From contig JALDTO010000206.1 in assembly GCA_023515725.1 (NCBI GenBank), positions 516,189 to 580,188 of the forward strand: DNA of 64,000 nt. The letters are read 5' to 3'. The stretch is from Amoeboaphelidium protococcarum X5 (taxonomy: Eukaryota; Fungi; Aphelidiomycota). Within the stretch, counting starts at the first letter, position 1; the number at the start of each line of letters is the position of its first letter. Of this stretch, positions 12,503 through 25,754 are shown piece by piece. Both the position numbers and the translations under genes were made by a program. A model generated the notes under the pieces. It was not told the DNA's origin. It made no database searches and worked only from the letters and a program-made list of their open reading frames with translations.

Positions 12503-12835
12503 TGATGTCTCTTTTATAAACTGCTCCTCTGACATTAATTGAATCCATCATTATATATGTGAACTTTATACATTGATGTATATGTATACAACATTGCTGC
12601 TATATTCTCGAATGTATATATATTTTGTTCCTATTCCGTTATGGTTGTTTTGTTGTTGAAACATCGTATTGGGCGTTTCTCGCTTAATTCTCGATTTGTA
12701 AAAACTGCTTTCCTTCGACGTTCCTTTTAAAGCTTTTCTCTTCTTCTTCGTTGAATCTCTTTGTACGCGAACATTTAAAACTCCATTATTATTTGAAGAA
12801 CACTGCTAATTGCTATTGTTGAACATATTAACATT

Positions 12836-15800
12836 ATGCAAGTAGTACATCAGGAAGTATTTGGTCCAACTGGAGTTAATTTGTCCATTTCGGCTTAGTT
12901 CACTGGAGTTAGGAGATAGGATTTGATAGTGGTCAAGAGCAACGTTCTAACTATATATCATTTATGTAATAATACTAGTAGTGCCTCTACTGATAACAAT
13001 AATCTAGGTCATCGACTGGTACATTATTATTCTGAAAAGTTTCTTTAGAATATCAGTGATATTAAAGCAGTCAGGAACTAGATAACTTAATGTGATTTAT
13101 TACTAGTATGCTTTGCAGATGCTAAATTATCTATTCTGGCTTGGGATTCTAATCATTTCTAGACGGAAACTGTATCGCTGCACTTCTTTGAGGATGAGGT
13201 GATGCGCAGTGCTTACGGTATTAAAGTGGCTCCCAGTATACGCGTCGATTAGCATTAATATCCACGATGTGCTGTTATGCGAATGGCTGGCGATTTGTTG
13301 GCTTTTATACCTTTTAAAGATGGCAAATTATCAGCTACGTAATCTAATACTTTCAATAGTAACAATAGCAATAGTTTAAATAATAACATCATTAATAATC
13401 TTACGCATCCGTCCTTTGTGGTGCAGGGGAGAGATATAGATCATAGAATTGTGAATATTGTTGACTTTGTATTTATGCCCGGTTATCAGTAGCCTACTAT
13501 TGCCGTTCTCTGCCAGCCTGTACCTACATGGTCTGGCAGTTTAAATAAGGTGCGCGATAACTCTATAGTTATCCTGATATCGATTGATCTGCAGTAGAAA
13601 TCGTTCTCTGTCATTGGATCGTGTCAAGGTCTCCCATTTGATTTGTATAAAATATTAGACTGCGGAAATTAATCACTTGGAGGTGCTTTGTGTCTTGGTG
13701 TTAATGAATTGGTTTATATTGACAGTAATTTCAAGGCTGTAGGTGTGTCGTTGAATGGATTCAGTCGGATCACTTCGAAACTTTCAATGATTGATTACTC
13801 TCATTTAAAGTTGGATCTGGATTTTGCCTGTGCCGTGATGATATCTTCTTCTAACCGCGCCCTTATCTCCCTCAAAGATGGTAATCTGATTATGGTTACA
13901 TTTGTTAATGATGGAGGTATCAGAGGTGGCATTAGCAAGATCGAAGTGTAAAAGATTGGTCGCACAGTGGAGTTTGTTAATTCGATGACACTCTACCAGG
14001 ACAATTTTCTATTCATCGGCTCATGTAATACTAAATCATTATTGTTGCGTCTTTCTGGAAAGCTTGTTAGTGTTAAATCTGCTTAACGAGATGGCAATGT
14101 ATAATCTAGCTCTATTGTACAAGATTCTAATGCCGATATGGATTTGGATGATTTGGATGCCCTTCTTGGACTAGATCAAGATGATAATGATGATAATGCT
14201 AATTCAGTTACTGCCGTCCCATCTTAGTAGGATACTCAATAATAGAATGCTAGCGATCTGCAGTCTCTTTCTTCATCTTCGCTGCCAGATTTGCCCGATG
14301 ATTAATGGTATTAAATTGTGGATGAGATCCCTTGTCTATCTATGAGTAAGAAATATGCGATTGGTGAATCCTTGAATGGAGTTTACTTGAATGATTTGAA
14401 TCCAGGCGTTGATAAGCCTTTAGAATTCGTTGTGTGTAATGGAGTTGGGCGACACAGTTCTTTGTCCATCTTGAGGGAGAATCTTGTGCCTATCATAGGC
14501 AATTCTTATGATATTAAAATGTCCATGATGTAGATGTGGACTGTTAATGCTGCAGCTGTAGCAAAGAATAACGATTAGAAATGCTTGTTGTTTTCCTCTG
14601 TGTAAACTGCTGATGCTAATGATGACGTGAGGTATGGCACTATGATCTTGTAGTCATCTAGAGGTGAATTGAGAGAAGCCACGATGGAATTTAGTGCTTT
14701 CAAGACTTAAGATGCGCAAACTTTACATGTTGGCATTGTGAAAGCGAATAATAGTTCAAGGATGGCACTGGTTCAAGTCTGCAAATAAGCGATGTTGGCC
14801 TATTCACTTGATGGTCGCCAGGTGCTTGCCCAACTGGACGTGAGTGATATGAATGTTGATAGCCATTAGAGTGATTATTCCATCATTAACGCATTTACTT
14901 CCGATAGATTGTTATTTTGCTTGCTCAATACCGGTCATTTATTATGCTTTGAGATGGGCGGTGATGACAAGTTCCATTAACGATGGCAAGTTACCGATGT
15001 GGATACCGCATGTTTACACTCGTCTACTGACTAAACAAGATGTCAAATAGTGGCTATATGTGGTACAGCTATGGTTATTCTTGATAGCGAGTCTGGGTAG
15101 AATGTGAAGTCTTTTGCTGGAGTAGACTCTAGGATAATGCGTCCTATAGATAAATTGTCATCTGATTAGCGTCTATCTGAGGATGATAAGATCCAAGAAG
15201 TCATGTCCTTTGAGACGAGCCGCGGCTCTTAGATTGTCGTGTTATTAAATGGAAGGCATCACCTAATGGTATACCAATAGTTTAATATCCACAAGAATAC
15301 ATTTTGTGGATTCAAAAAAATCCAAACTATTCTATCACCTCCTTGTTATGATGATAGACCCGAATAGCGGCAACTATATGCCTTCTCCTAGATCCGAGGA
15401 TTATAATCATCGACTGGCGCGTTCTATCATGGCATATTTGTAGGTGGGAAGATGCCTCATTTCGTATATTACAACGACAGAGAAGAGCTTATCGCTCGAC
15501 CAATGGCTTTGGATGGTCCGGTTTTGAGTTTCTCATAGATATCAAATACAACTCAACTTGATGGATTCGTCTACTTTAATTCTCAAAATCAATTGAGAGT
15601 TTGTGATTGTGAAGATGGATTTGATCTATCGCTGCGGTGGCCATAGAAGGTTGTACCTCTTAATGATTCAATGTCCGATGATACTCCTCTGTAAGCGTCA
15701 GACCTCCTTTACTTGCGCCACTCATAAAAGTTTTGTCTGGTTGCGTATAAAGATGTAGAATTTAATGCGCCGAAAGAGGAAGTAGTTCCTCCTAGAGCGG

Positions 15801-16984
15801 ATAAAAAGGATCTCAATGATGTCGATGCGGTGTTTGACCAGAAAGAGGTGACCAACATCAAGGCTGAGCCCAAGTAGTTTCTGCCCACTTAGAAAAGCTT
15901 TAGCATCCGGCTCATGTCTCCAGTGACATGGCAGAGTGTTGATAGCTTTGATTTTGAAGAACATGAGCAGGTGACAGCTGCGTGCTATGCTGATCTTACT
16001 GTTAAAGTCAGTGGACTGGAGCAGTTAAGAACGTACCTCATCATAGGCACTATGTATGTACTGGGAGAAGATCATTATGCCAAAGGTAAGGTGCATATTT
16101 TTGAAATTGTTCAAGTCATCCCCGAGGCGAATCGTCCAGAGACTAATCACAAACTCAAGCATGTGATTAGCGAAGAGGTTAAAGGTGGTCCAGTCACGGC
16201 ACTCTGTGTGTTGGAAGGGAATCTATGTGTCGCCATTAGTTCTAAAGTCATGATGTTCTCATTTGAAAATATGCAAAATCTGCTTGGTATTGCCTTTTAT
16301 GAGACAACCACATACATTACCAGCATGAAGGCACTCAAAAGTTTCCTTATCGTCGGCGATGTGCAGAATAGTGTTTGGTTCTTTGTGTATTAGGAGGAGC
16401 CTTCTAAACTAGCAGTTCTAGGCAGAGATTATCACAAATTCGCGGTGGTAGATCTCCAGTTTATGGCAGACTAGAACCGTTTGGGATTCTTGTGTGGTGA
16501 CGATGCTGGAAACATGCAAGTGCTGACTTATGCGCCGTAAAACTTGGCATCCCTGGGTGGCATGAAGTTATTACGCGCTGCTGATTACAAAGGATGCATC
16601 TTGGCACAGTTGGAGCGTGTCGGCAAGCGATCATCTTAGTAAGAACATGGATGCCTCTATCTCACAGTGGATGGTCGTATTGGATACATCTGGCCGGTCA
16701 ATGAGTAGTCGTTCCGTAGAATGGCCAGTGTTGCAAATTAGATGCAGAACACTACGAAATTTCCGGGTGGATTAAATCCGAAATGGACTCATGCTTTCGA
16801 TCCGTGGGATAAGCAATTTGGACAGCCCGTGCGAAATGTATTAAATGTGACTGATCTTGTATTTGATCGCGTGCTGAACAGTTCACATCGCACTTAATAA
16901 AACTGGGCAAGAAATAGATCTGTAAACTTGGACAAACTATACAAGGATTTATTTAGATTGCAGAGCGATGCCAAATTGTCATGA
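12836..16984 (+). CDS. CFT1: Cleavage and polyadenylation factor CPSF160/Cft1, 1382 aa
   Basis: N-terminal EVFGPTGV, FADAKLSILAWD, TVSLHFFEDE; C-terminal LIVGDVQNSVWFFVYQEEPSKLAVLGRD, SLGGMKLLRAAD and GGLNPK. Confidence 0.93.
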
Positions 16985-17521
16985 ACTACGATCTTATGCT
17001 TCACGGCTTGTCTGAATAGAAAAGTAGTTTTCAATTTGCTTTTACTTTAGTTGACGTTCAGCCTCTTCCAGCGGGACTTTGAAGCCGTAATAGTCAACTT
17101 CATTCAAATTTACGCTTGCTGAATCCAAGATTAACATTTGCAGCTCTCTATTATCAACAACATACTCTTAACTTTGTGATTATGTATTCGCATTGGATTG
17201 TATGATGTGTTTATCTTTCAAGCTTTGTCCAAATCGCCATTTATACAGCACTAGTAGATCTTGACTTTCCAAAACTTTACAGTACTCGTCAGACTCCGTT
17301 TACTCAGAATCAGGTCGCACCACGAAACCAAACAATTCCTATAATGATAGACATAACGCGTTACATTTAATAAATTTGAAATTATGGTAACTTACCTGAA
17401 GTCGTGTATTAATCGATTATTCAAAAGACTAATGAATAGATTCCGGTAGATACAAAGTCAGACGCACTAATCGTTGTGTGCCATCCGTAAGATAGTGTAC
17501 ACTCGAATTCAATCTCTCCAT
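16979..17521 (-). CDS. Hypothetical protein, 161 aa; exons 17521-17396, 17338-16979
   Basis: ATG, canonical phase-0 intron (CAG|GTAAGT...TAG) and open frame to TGA. Confidence 0.7.
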
Positions 17522-17751
17522 TTACAGCGCGCGTTTTAATCAAGAGAGAACAATGCCTGCAGTAATCCTCGTTACAGCGTTATAAACGACGAGATTTGGT
17601 TTCATCTCTCGGAAAGTGTTGCCCCTGCCTGTTGAAAGCAATTGTTTTTCGATCGTCGTTGTAAATTGTTGTAATTGTTTCGCTTTCCATCTGTGTAAGG
17701 CTTTTTGCATCTAATTTCGAATCTTGACTACTGTTAGCATAAGAGTTATCA

Positions 17752-19413
17752 ATGACTGCGAAATTTAGGTATATTCTGGCATGGCGTCTGTTAAATGCTC
17801 TGATTATTTAAACTTATTTTAGTCCTGATGAGTATTATCAAGCTATAGAGCCTGCGTATCTCAAAGCCTTTTATCCCGAGTAGTTTCAGAATTTCATATC
17901 CAACAAGTCATTTCAATAAGGATTCACTGGCGTTACATGGGAATGGAGTTAGTGGATACGATCTCCAATAATGATTTACGTGCTTTCACTGTTATATCGA
18001 TTGCTGCAACTTGTAAATCTGGATAGTAGATGGATGATCATTCACTTGCCGAGACTACTCTCTGCCTTAATATCATCTGTTGGTGAATATTATTCGCTGC
18101 GATTTATCTCTAAATATTTCCCAAGTTTTGATAAAAATTCTGTTCTTATAGTTCATCTGTGCTGGTGGTACTAGATATTCACTAGTGGGCGCTACTTAAG
18201 TAACACTGTGGAGTAGTGCCTGACAACCATGGCACTGTACTATTGGCCTTGGAATGGAGATCATACGCGTATATATACATCTGTCACTATTGCACTGGTA
18301 TCATTCTGTATTCGACCGACATCACCCATCATATGGATATATCTATTTACAATGTTAATGATTCGTAATGTTCCATTTAAGATGTGGTTTCAAGTTGTCA
18401 CGCTATGCTCTATCCACGGCGTCATTGTGATCTCACTCTCTACCGTGTTGGATACGGTCTTCTACTCTGCGACAACTTCGTCACTCTACAACTTTATTCA
18501 GTTTAATCTCATACAGAACTTGTCGTCTTTTTATGGAATCCATTCTCCATGGTGGTATATGACATCTGGACTTCCAACCATATTGCTGACATTTTCTCCA
18601 TTTTCTTACCTCGCTGTTATTGTTAATATCTTTGGTGCTGGGTAAAGAGAAAGTTCTACATTGTCCTCATCTATGTAGTAACAGTAGTAAATACTTTTAG
18701 ATTGCTCGTGGTCTCTTATTTTGACTGTTGGAATGCTTTCATTGGTTCAGCATAAGGAATTCAGGTTTCTATCTTCTTTGTATTTACCTCTAATGCTGTT
18801 GTCAATACAAGGTGTTGATATGGTTCTCACGTTCATCATCAACAAAAAGGGTGCCAGAAGATTTGGCAAGGCTTTATTCTGGTTTACAGTATCAGTGTAA
18901 TTGATTGCCGGCCTGTACTTTGCCTTAGTGCATCAGCGAGGTGTCTTGGAACTTATGGATGTGTTGCACCAGGACAGAGAGATAATGCTGAAATAGCCTG
19001 AAGCGTAACAATTTAGTGTTCTGTTTGCAATGCCATGTCACTCTACTCCATGGTTCAGTATGTTTCATCGAAAGTCCCTAGTTGGTAATTCCTTTAATGA
19101 TAAGAGTGATAATCTCCCACAGATGCGTTACTTAACTTGTGTACCACCTCTTAATGTTGATGCCGCGCAAATGGATAATTATCAGGATGAGAGCGACATA
19201 TTTTATCAATATCCTGTTAAGTACTTAGATGCACTGTTATCTGAAGAATTTTACTCTCACGTTGTTTTATTCAAGGATTTGGAATCTGAAGCTATTCTGT
19301 CTATATTAATTGCTCATCACTATCAAATCTCCAAAAGTATCTTTAACAGTCATTTTCACGATGATAGGCGGCGACAAGGTGATATTTTGATATACAGGCG
19401 AACTCACGGATGA
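17752..19413 (+). CDS. GPI10: GPI mannosyltransferase 3 (PIG-B/Gpi10), 553 aa
   Basis: QTYFSPDEYYQAIEPA, TWEW..WIRSP, FCIRPT, HKEFRF, HQRG, MPCHSTPW; multiple hydrophobic segments. Confidence 0.93.
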
Positions 19414-19701
19414 GATTATAATTACTACGTCGTTCTCTACATGTTCAAAGAAACTCTTTATTATAATACGGTCTTAGTTAACGTCTGCATAAAATCAATA
19501 TGTACTTACTTCCTCTCTCTATAGCAAGTAAAGATTCATCGCACTATTTTAATTTCTGTGTGATCGTCGTGGCGATTGGCGATTTCTTCTTCTTTCTCTA
19601 GTTAACGTAAGTTGAATCTACCACGCTCTTCCCGATAAGTTCATTATATCTTCTATCTTGATCTTTATATTGTGTTAAATTTGGCTAGTTACTTACAGTA
19701 T

Positions 19702-22700
19702 ATGAGCGTCTTGGTAGAAAGTAAATCTTTTAATAAGGTTCTTTTGTATGCGGAAGTTCCAGTGTGGAGACACGTATATGCTCTGCCTTATGCCATGGTG
19801 GTATACCCTGGTCTGATCTACTTGTGGATGAATGCACCTGTGATGGAGTCTATATTCGGACACTTGGAATACTTTTACATCTTGGTTGGATTTGCTGTCA
19901 CTATAAATGTACTTTTGTATCTGTGCTGTCATTGGTCCGTCTATCTGAATAGCGTTCTATGTTATGCCAGATCCATGACGGTCCACTCTGCCAGTCACGT
20001 TTACATTTAGCCGCTAAAGACTTAGATGAAGACTGAACTTGTTAAGATTAAATCTCAGCGATTGTCTTCTAGTTAAAAAGAGTAGAGTCTGTATTTTGAG
20101 TATTAAAAGAAGAAGTTCATCTACAATTAGGACAAGAAGCGATTTGAATCTGTCCAGTATCCTGTTAGTGGTCCGCTGAGTAGTTATACTGATTACTCTG
20201 GATTAACTCAGCAGTAGGTGAAGTAATGTCGTGCAGAGTATGGCCTCAATGAGTTTGATATTCCGATGCCCACGTTCCAAGAGCTATTTAAGGAGCATGC
20301 AGTCGCACCATTCTTTGTATTCCAGGTGTTTTGTGTGGCTCTATGGTTCATGGATGAGTATTGGTACTATTCCCTGTTCACTCTGGCGATGCTATTTGTA
20401 TTTGAAAGTACGGTAGTATTTTAGCGTTTGCGTAATCTGAGAGAGTTGCGTTCAATGACACAGCCGCCAATTGATATTAATGTCTACCGGGATGGACAGT
20501 GGTCCATGATCAAGTCTAATTTCTTGATGCCTGGTGACCTGGTGTCTGTGGAAAGACCTGCTGATGATGACACTGCCCTGCCTTGTGATATGCTGCTATT
20601 GCGCGGTCGTGCTGTTGTAAATGAAGCACTTTTAACTGGGGAGTCGACACCTCTAGTTAAGGAGGCTGTTGATGTATCTTCTCACTAGCAGAGTGATGTG
20701 TATTTTAATATCAATGATGAACAGTTCAAGTCTTTTGTCCTATTTGGAGGAACTAAAGTTCTATAAACTCTTCATACTGAGCCATAGCTTAATGATTAAA
20801 GTAATGTCATTTCTGGCGGTTAGATCCCTTCCAGTAGTAAATAGGATCGTATATCTGCACCTCCAAGCAATAGTAATGGATGCTTGGCGTATGTTTTGAG
20901 AACTGGGTTTGCAACCACGTAAGGAAAGTTGGTGAGGACAATGATATTCTCCTCTGAGCGTGTGACTGCCAACAATAAGGAGTCCTTATTCTTTATCCTA
21001 TTTCTGCTGATATTTGCCATTGGTGCATCTTATCATGTTTGGACTACCGGACTCAAAGATGGAAGAAAGAAGTCTAAACTCATCCTGGATTGTATCATGA
21101 TTCTGACCAGTGTTGTGCCTCCAGAACTTCCGATGGAGTTATCACTTGCCGTTAATTAGAGCTTGATGGCACTGTCCAAGAAGGCCATCTTCTGTCTGGA
21201 ACCATTTCGCATTCCATTCGCCGGTAAGATTGATGTCTGCTGCTTTGACAAGACTGGTACCCTGACTGAGGAGGATTTGAAATTGGATGGTATTGCCGTG
21301 TTGGGTGATGGAGATTCTAAATAAATTTTGACGCCTGCTAATGCAATCCCGTTGTAGTCCCAGCTGGCTCTGGGAAGTTGTCACTCTTTGCTGTAGATTG
21401 ATGGCAAAGTTGTTGGCGACCCTCTGGAGTAGGCTGTGCTGTCTGCCATTGGATGGAATATAAGTAGAGATGACGATGAAAGTGTTGAAATCGTTTCTGT
21501 CCATGGGAAGACTAATAGCTCTAGTAGTGGTGGGAGTAAAGTTGATGTCATTGGCAGGATAAAGTCTGTTAAGAAGTTTCCATTCGCATCATCATTGAAA
21601 AGAATGGGAAATGTTAGTTAAATTGTTGGTCATCTTCCTGGAGTTGCTGTTAACAAGAATTAGCTTCTAGTTTCTGTAAAGGGCGCCCCTGAGGTTATGA
21701 AATCAATGTTCAAGGATATCAAGGCAGAGCAATATGACAAAGTGTACACTCGATATGCTCTCAGTGGATCTAGAGTGTTGGCAGTGGGATACAAATGGAT
21801 TTAATGTAACTTGAATGCAGCCAAGGATCTAAAGCGAGAAGATGTTGAATGTGATCTCTAGTTTGCCGGATTCCTCGTCTTTACTTCGCCATTGAAGAAG
21901 GATACCAGTGCCGCGATTAAAGAGTTGAGAGAGTCTATGCACAGAATCATCATGATCACGGGCGACAATCCTCTCACTGCGTGTTACATTGCTAAAAAGT
22001 TGAAGATTGTCCGCAAGGATGTAGTGATACTTGATTGTGCGGGTGATGATTCCTAATCTTTGCAGTATCGAACCAGTGATGGCAAAGTTGTCTAAGAGTT
22101 TTATACTTCGTAAGGTGGTAAGGATAAGAACTCTGCCAGTGTTAATGATCACACCAAATTGATTTTACAATATGATATCTGCTGCACGGGGCCTGCTTTA
22201 GAATAGATACATTCATTGCCCATCTACAAGGACATGTTGGTGCATAAAATTTGGGTATATGCTCGCACGTCACCTTCGTAGAAGGAAGTTATTCTACATC
22301 GTTTGAAGGAGTAGGATTATGTCACTCTTATGTGCGGTGATGGTACGAATGATGTGGGTGCTCTAAAGTCTGCAGATGTTGGAGTGGCCTTGCTGGATGG
22401 CACAGCTGAAGATTTGGAGAAGATTGCCAAGACTATGCAGTTGAGACGGATGCAAGAGATGTAGGCTAAGCAGGAAGAGTTGTTCAAGTCTTGGGGTCGT
22501 AATATTCCGGACAATGTTCGATCCTAGTAGCAGAGATAGGTGTAGAGTCTTATTTAATCCATAGATTCACCAGACGATGTACCAATACTGAAGTTTGGTG
22601 ATGCTTCTGTGGCTGCATCGTTCACTTCCAAGATTGGCTCCGTGATGTCTATCTGCGAAATTTTGCGTTAGGGAAGATGTACACTGGTCACTACGATTTA

Positions 22701-23364
22701 AATGTACAAGATTCTAGCGTTGAATTGTTTGATTACAGCGTTCACCTTGAGTGCTTTGTACCTAGATGGTATAAAGTATGGTGATACTCAGTTGACTCTG
22801 CAGGGATTTCTGTTGGCTGGTTGCTTTCTATTTCTGTCATGGGCTAAGCCGATCGAGCGTCTATCAAAGAAACGTCCCCTAGCCAATATCTTCAATTTGT
22901 ATATCATTGGTACAGTGCTGGGTCAATTTGCTGTCCATGCCGCGTCATTGTGGTATGTAGTACAATAGACAAAGCTACTGCTACCCGAGGATTGGAAGCC
23001 TGATGAGGAGGAGAAAGAATTTGCACCTAATCTTCTGAATACGTCAGTCTACTTGATCTCACTTTCAATGCAAGTCTCCACCTTCCTTGTGAATTATGAA
23101 GGCCGTCCGTTTAGAGAGAGTTTGCGTGAGAACAAACCGTTGTATTACTCACTACTATCGCTTTTGGGTATTGCGATATGCGGAGCTGCTCAGGTGAGTG
23201 TTGAATTGAATGAGTGGGTTCAGCTGGTCCCAATGGAGAAGAGTTTTAGCGAGAAATTGGTTTATGTTATCCTGATGGATGTAACATTGTGCTACGGCAT
23301 AAATTATGCCTTGGAGTATCTCTTCTCTGACAATAAGAGTAAGCGCAGTCTGGACTTGGAATGA
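19702..23364 (+). CDS. SPF1: P5A-type ATPase Spf1/ATP13A1, 1220 aa
   Basis: [75 protein letters not shown]. Confidence 0.96.
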
Positions 23365-23567
23365 TTTATCGTTGCTACTGGACTTTCTAATATTGACTTG
23401 AAATGAACGTGGAAATAGATTCATGCAATTACAATTACATTTTCTCATTCATTTAGTGTCCACTTGTCTGTCGCTGATTGTACACTTCTCGTAGAATGCT
23501 TTATCGTATGAAGATTTTAATATGAACTCAAAATTTAAAGCATCTGTATACAGTATAATCAACAAAA

Positions 23568-25248
23568 TCATTTAGTGTGCGGACTACGCCTAGCAGACTG
23601 CAATAGCTGAATTCGCTCTTCTTGCCTTTGAATTTCCAAATCCAACTAATCTTACAGTTCTTTAAGCTGAGATTTCTTACGTGCATCAGATGGAGAATAC
23701 TACGTGCTCATGACAGAAGTGTCAAACTGCTAATGATGCACATCATGTACACGCTGACGTTACGCCGATTGATAGGAATAGTCTGCCAAACTCTATCGCT
23801 GCAGATTCTCTTTTAAATCATCCATAACTGTAGTGCGCAACTTATTCTCAGCCTCAGATTGTAGGAGTTTAGACTTCATTGATTGTATGGCACTATCTTT
23901 CTACTTGATCCGAGATTTCAACTCATTTATCGTGCCAGTGGAACTGTAAGGCTACTCCCCCTTCCCATCTTCGATTGAGGCAAGTCGGTTCTGCAACTGA
24001 TAAATCAGAGCATCTTTAGCCTCTAATTAATCACTTAGATGTACCAAAAAGTCATCTTTGTCATTCTACTACATTACAAGACTCTAGCTAAGACGCCGAT
24101 TCTCCTCCAGCTGAAAATTCAACTTGATATCCATTTACTTGAGTTTCTTAGCGTATAAATTCTCATAATACACTTCCATTACTTTCTACTACTCATTCTT
24201 CTCTTTGATTATGTTCTTCTAGTTCTGGCACTAGTCTGAAAGTTGTGCAATCTTAGTCTATAGTTCAACAATTTTTTAGTTCATAGAAATTCGCTCACGC
24301 TCGAGCTAATCTTACAAATGCTGTTCAAACTCCTACTCAATTGCCGCAACTTCCTCTGCAATCTATTACTCCAAGTCTGCGCGATAACTATTAATTCTAT
24401 ACTAGGACTTCTCCTTCTCAAAATCATAATCACGTTTAACACTTTCCAGTTAAATTCTGTTTGATTCCTATAAAACACGAATCTCAGCTTGGTGAGTCTC
24501 CTAAATCGCCTTGTTATCTCTGTCTAGTTTCTCATTAGCCTCTTTTAGGGATTTTATTAAATTCTAGTACTTGGCCTTTTCCTATCTCCATTGACTCTCT
24601 TTACGATTCTCCATCTCTAAGAACTAACCACGCAATGTAGATTACATTTCACTTTGAAGGTGATTCTCTCTGTCAGCGTACATTTAGCATTTGGAAGTCA
24701 GTTCTGCAATAACTCCATCTTTATGATGAAGATCTTGCTGTAGTTGAACAACTTACATGTCTTGATCCTTCACTCTAAGATTAAGCTAATCAATGCGAGT
24801 CTTCAATTCATTCGCATTATCCTAATGGGCTGATGATAGTTCATGAAGAACCTTCTGCTACTCGGCCGCCAATTGTTTCAGCTCTTGAGAGGATTGTTCC
24901 TTTTCACACCGCCAGTGCTCACTGTCCTTCTACATGCACGCATATATGGAGGAGATAGAAGTTTTACACCGCTCATATTGCGATTTAATAATTTTACCTC
25001 CGCTTTGAGAAGAGACTGCTTGAGAACTTGTACTTCATCTTGTAAACTTTTAATGGTTGAATTGCGCTCGGCCAGTAGCAAGTCAGTCTATTCGCGCTCC
25101 TTGTCCCACAGCTCCATTTGCAATCTCAACTTTTCCTTTATGTGCTCAAGCTGAGTTTATCTACATTCAAACTTAGAAACTAATGTTTACTGTAATTTTC
25201 ATGAATTACAAGAGCTTACTTTTTAACATGATTATAACTAGTGCTCAT
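23568..25248 (-). CDS. Coiled-coil protein; exons 25248-25220, 25160-24998, 24929-23568
   Basis: E/K/Q/L heptad-rich frame; two frame-preserving GT-AG introns; TGA stop. Confidence 0.75.
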
Positions 25249-25754
25249 TGTCAATCTAAGGTAGACCCAATAAAGAGTACTGAGAAGTTTAAGAGTAAAA
25301 GGTTCTGTGTCTGAAACACGTAGCGGCGATCAAAAGGTTGAAACCAAAAGACGACCTTCTATGAGTAAAGAGAGAGCGTTGTAAATAGCGCGCGTAGAAA
25401 GTATTGCTAAGGTCGGAACGATGCTAGTGAAACCAACCGTTGGTACTATGACTTGATACTGGTCATATTTGAAATATTTAGGATGCTTAGTGAACACTTA
25501 GTAGAATGCGACCAACCACTGCCCGCAAGTTGGATGCGTATAAACAACATCAAAACTCATTCTGCGCACTTGCTGGCTGTACTGTATCAAAGAAATTAGT
25601 TTGCTTCATGCTTTGTCATCAAGTAGTTTTCAAGTAAGCTGAAGCAATCAGAAGTTTTTACTGATTGGAGTCACCAGTTTAGAATCGTTTGATCAATAAT
25701 ATCAGAGAAGCTGTTTAAGTTAGCTTTCACAATATAGCAACATTTATTGAGTGT

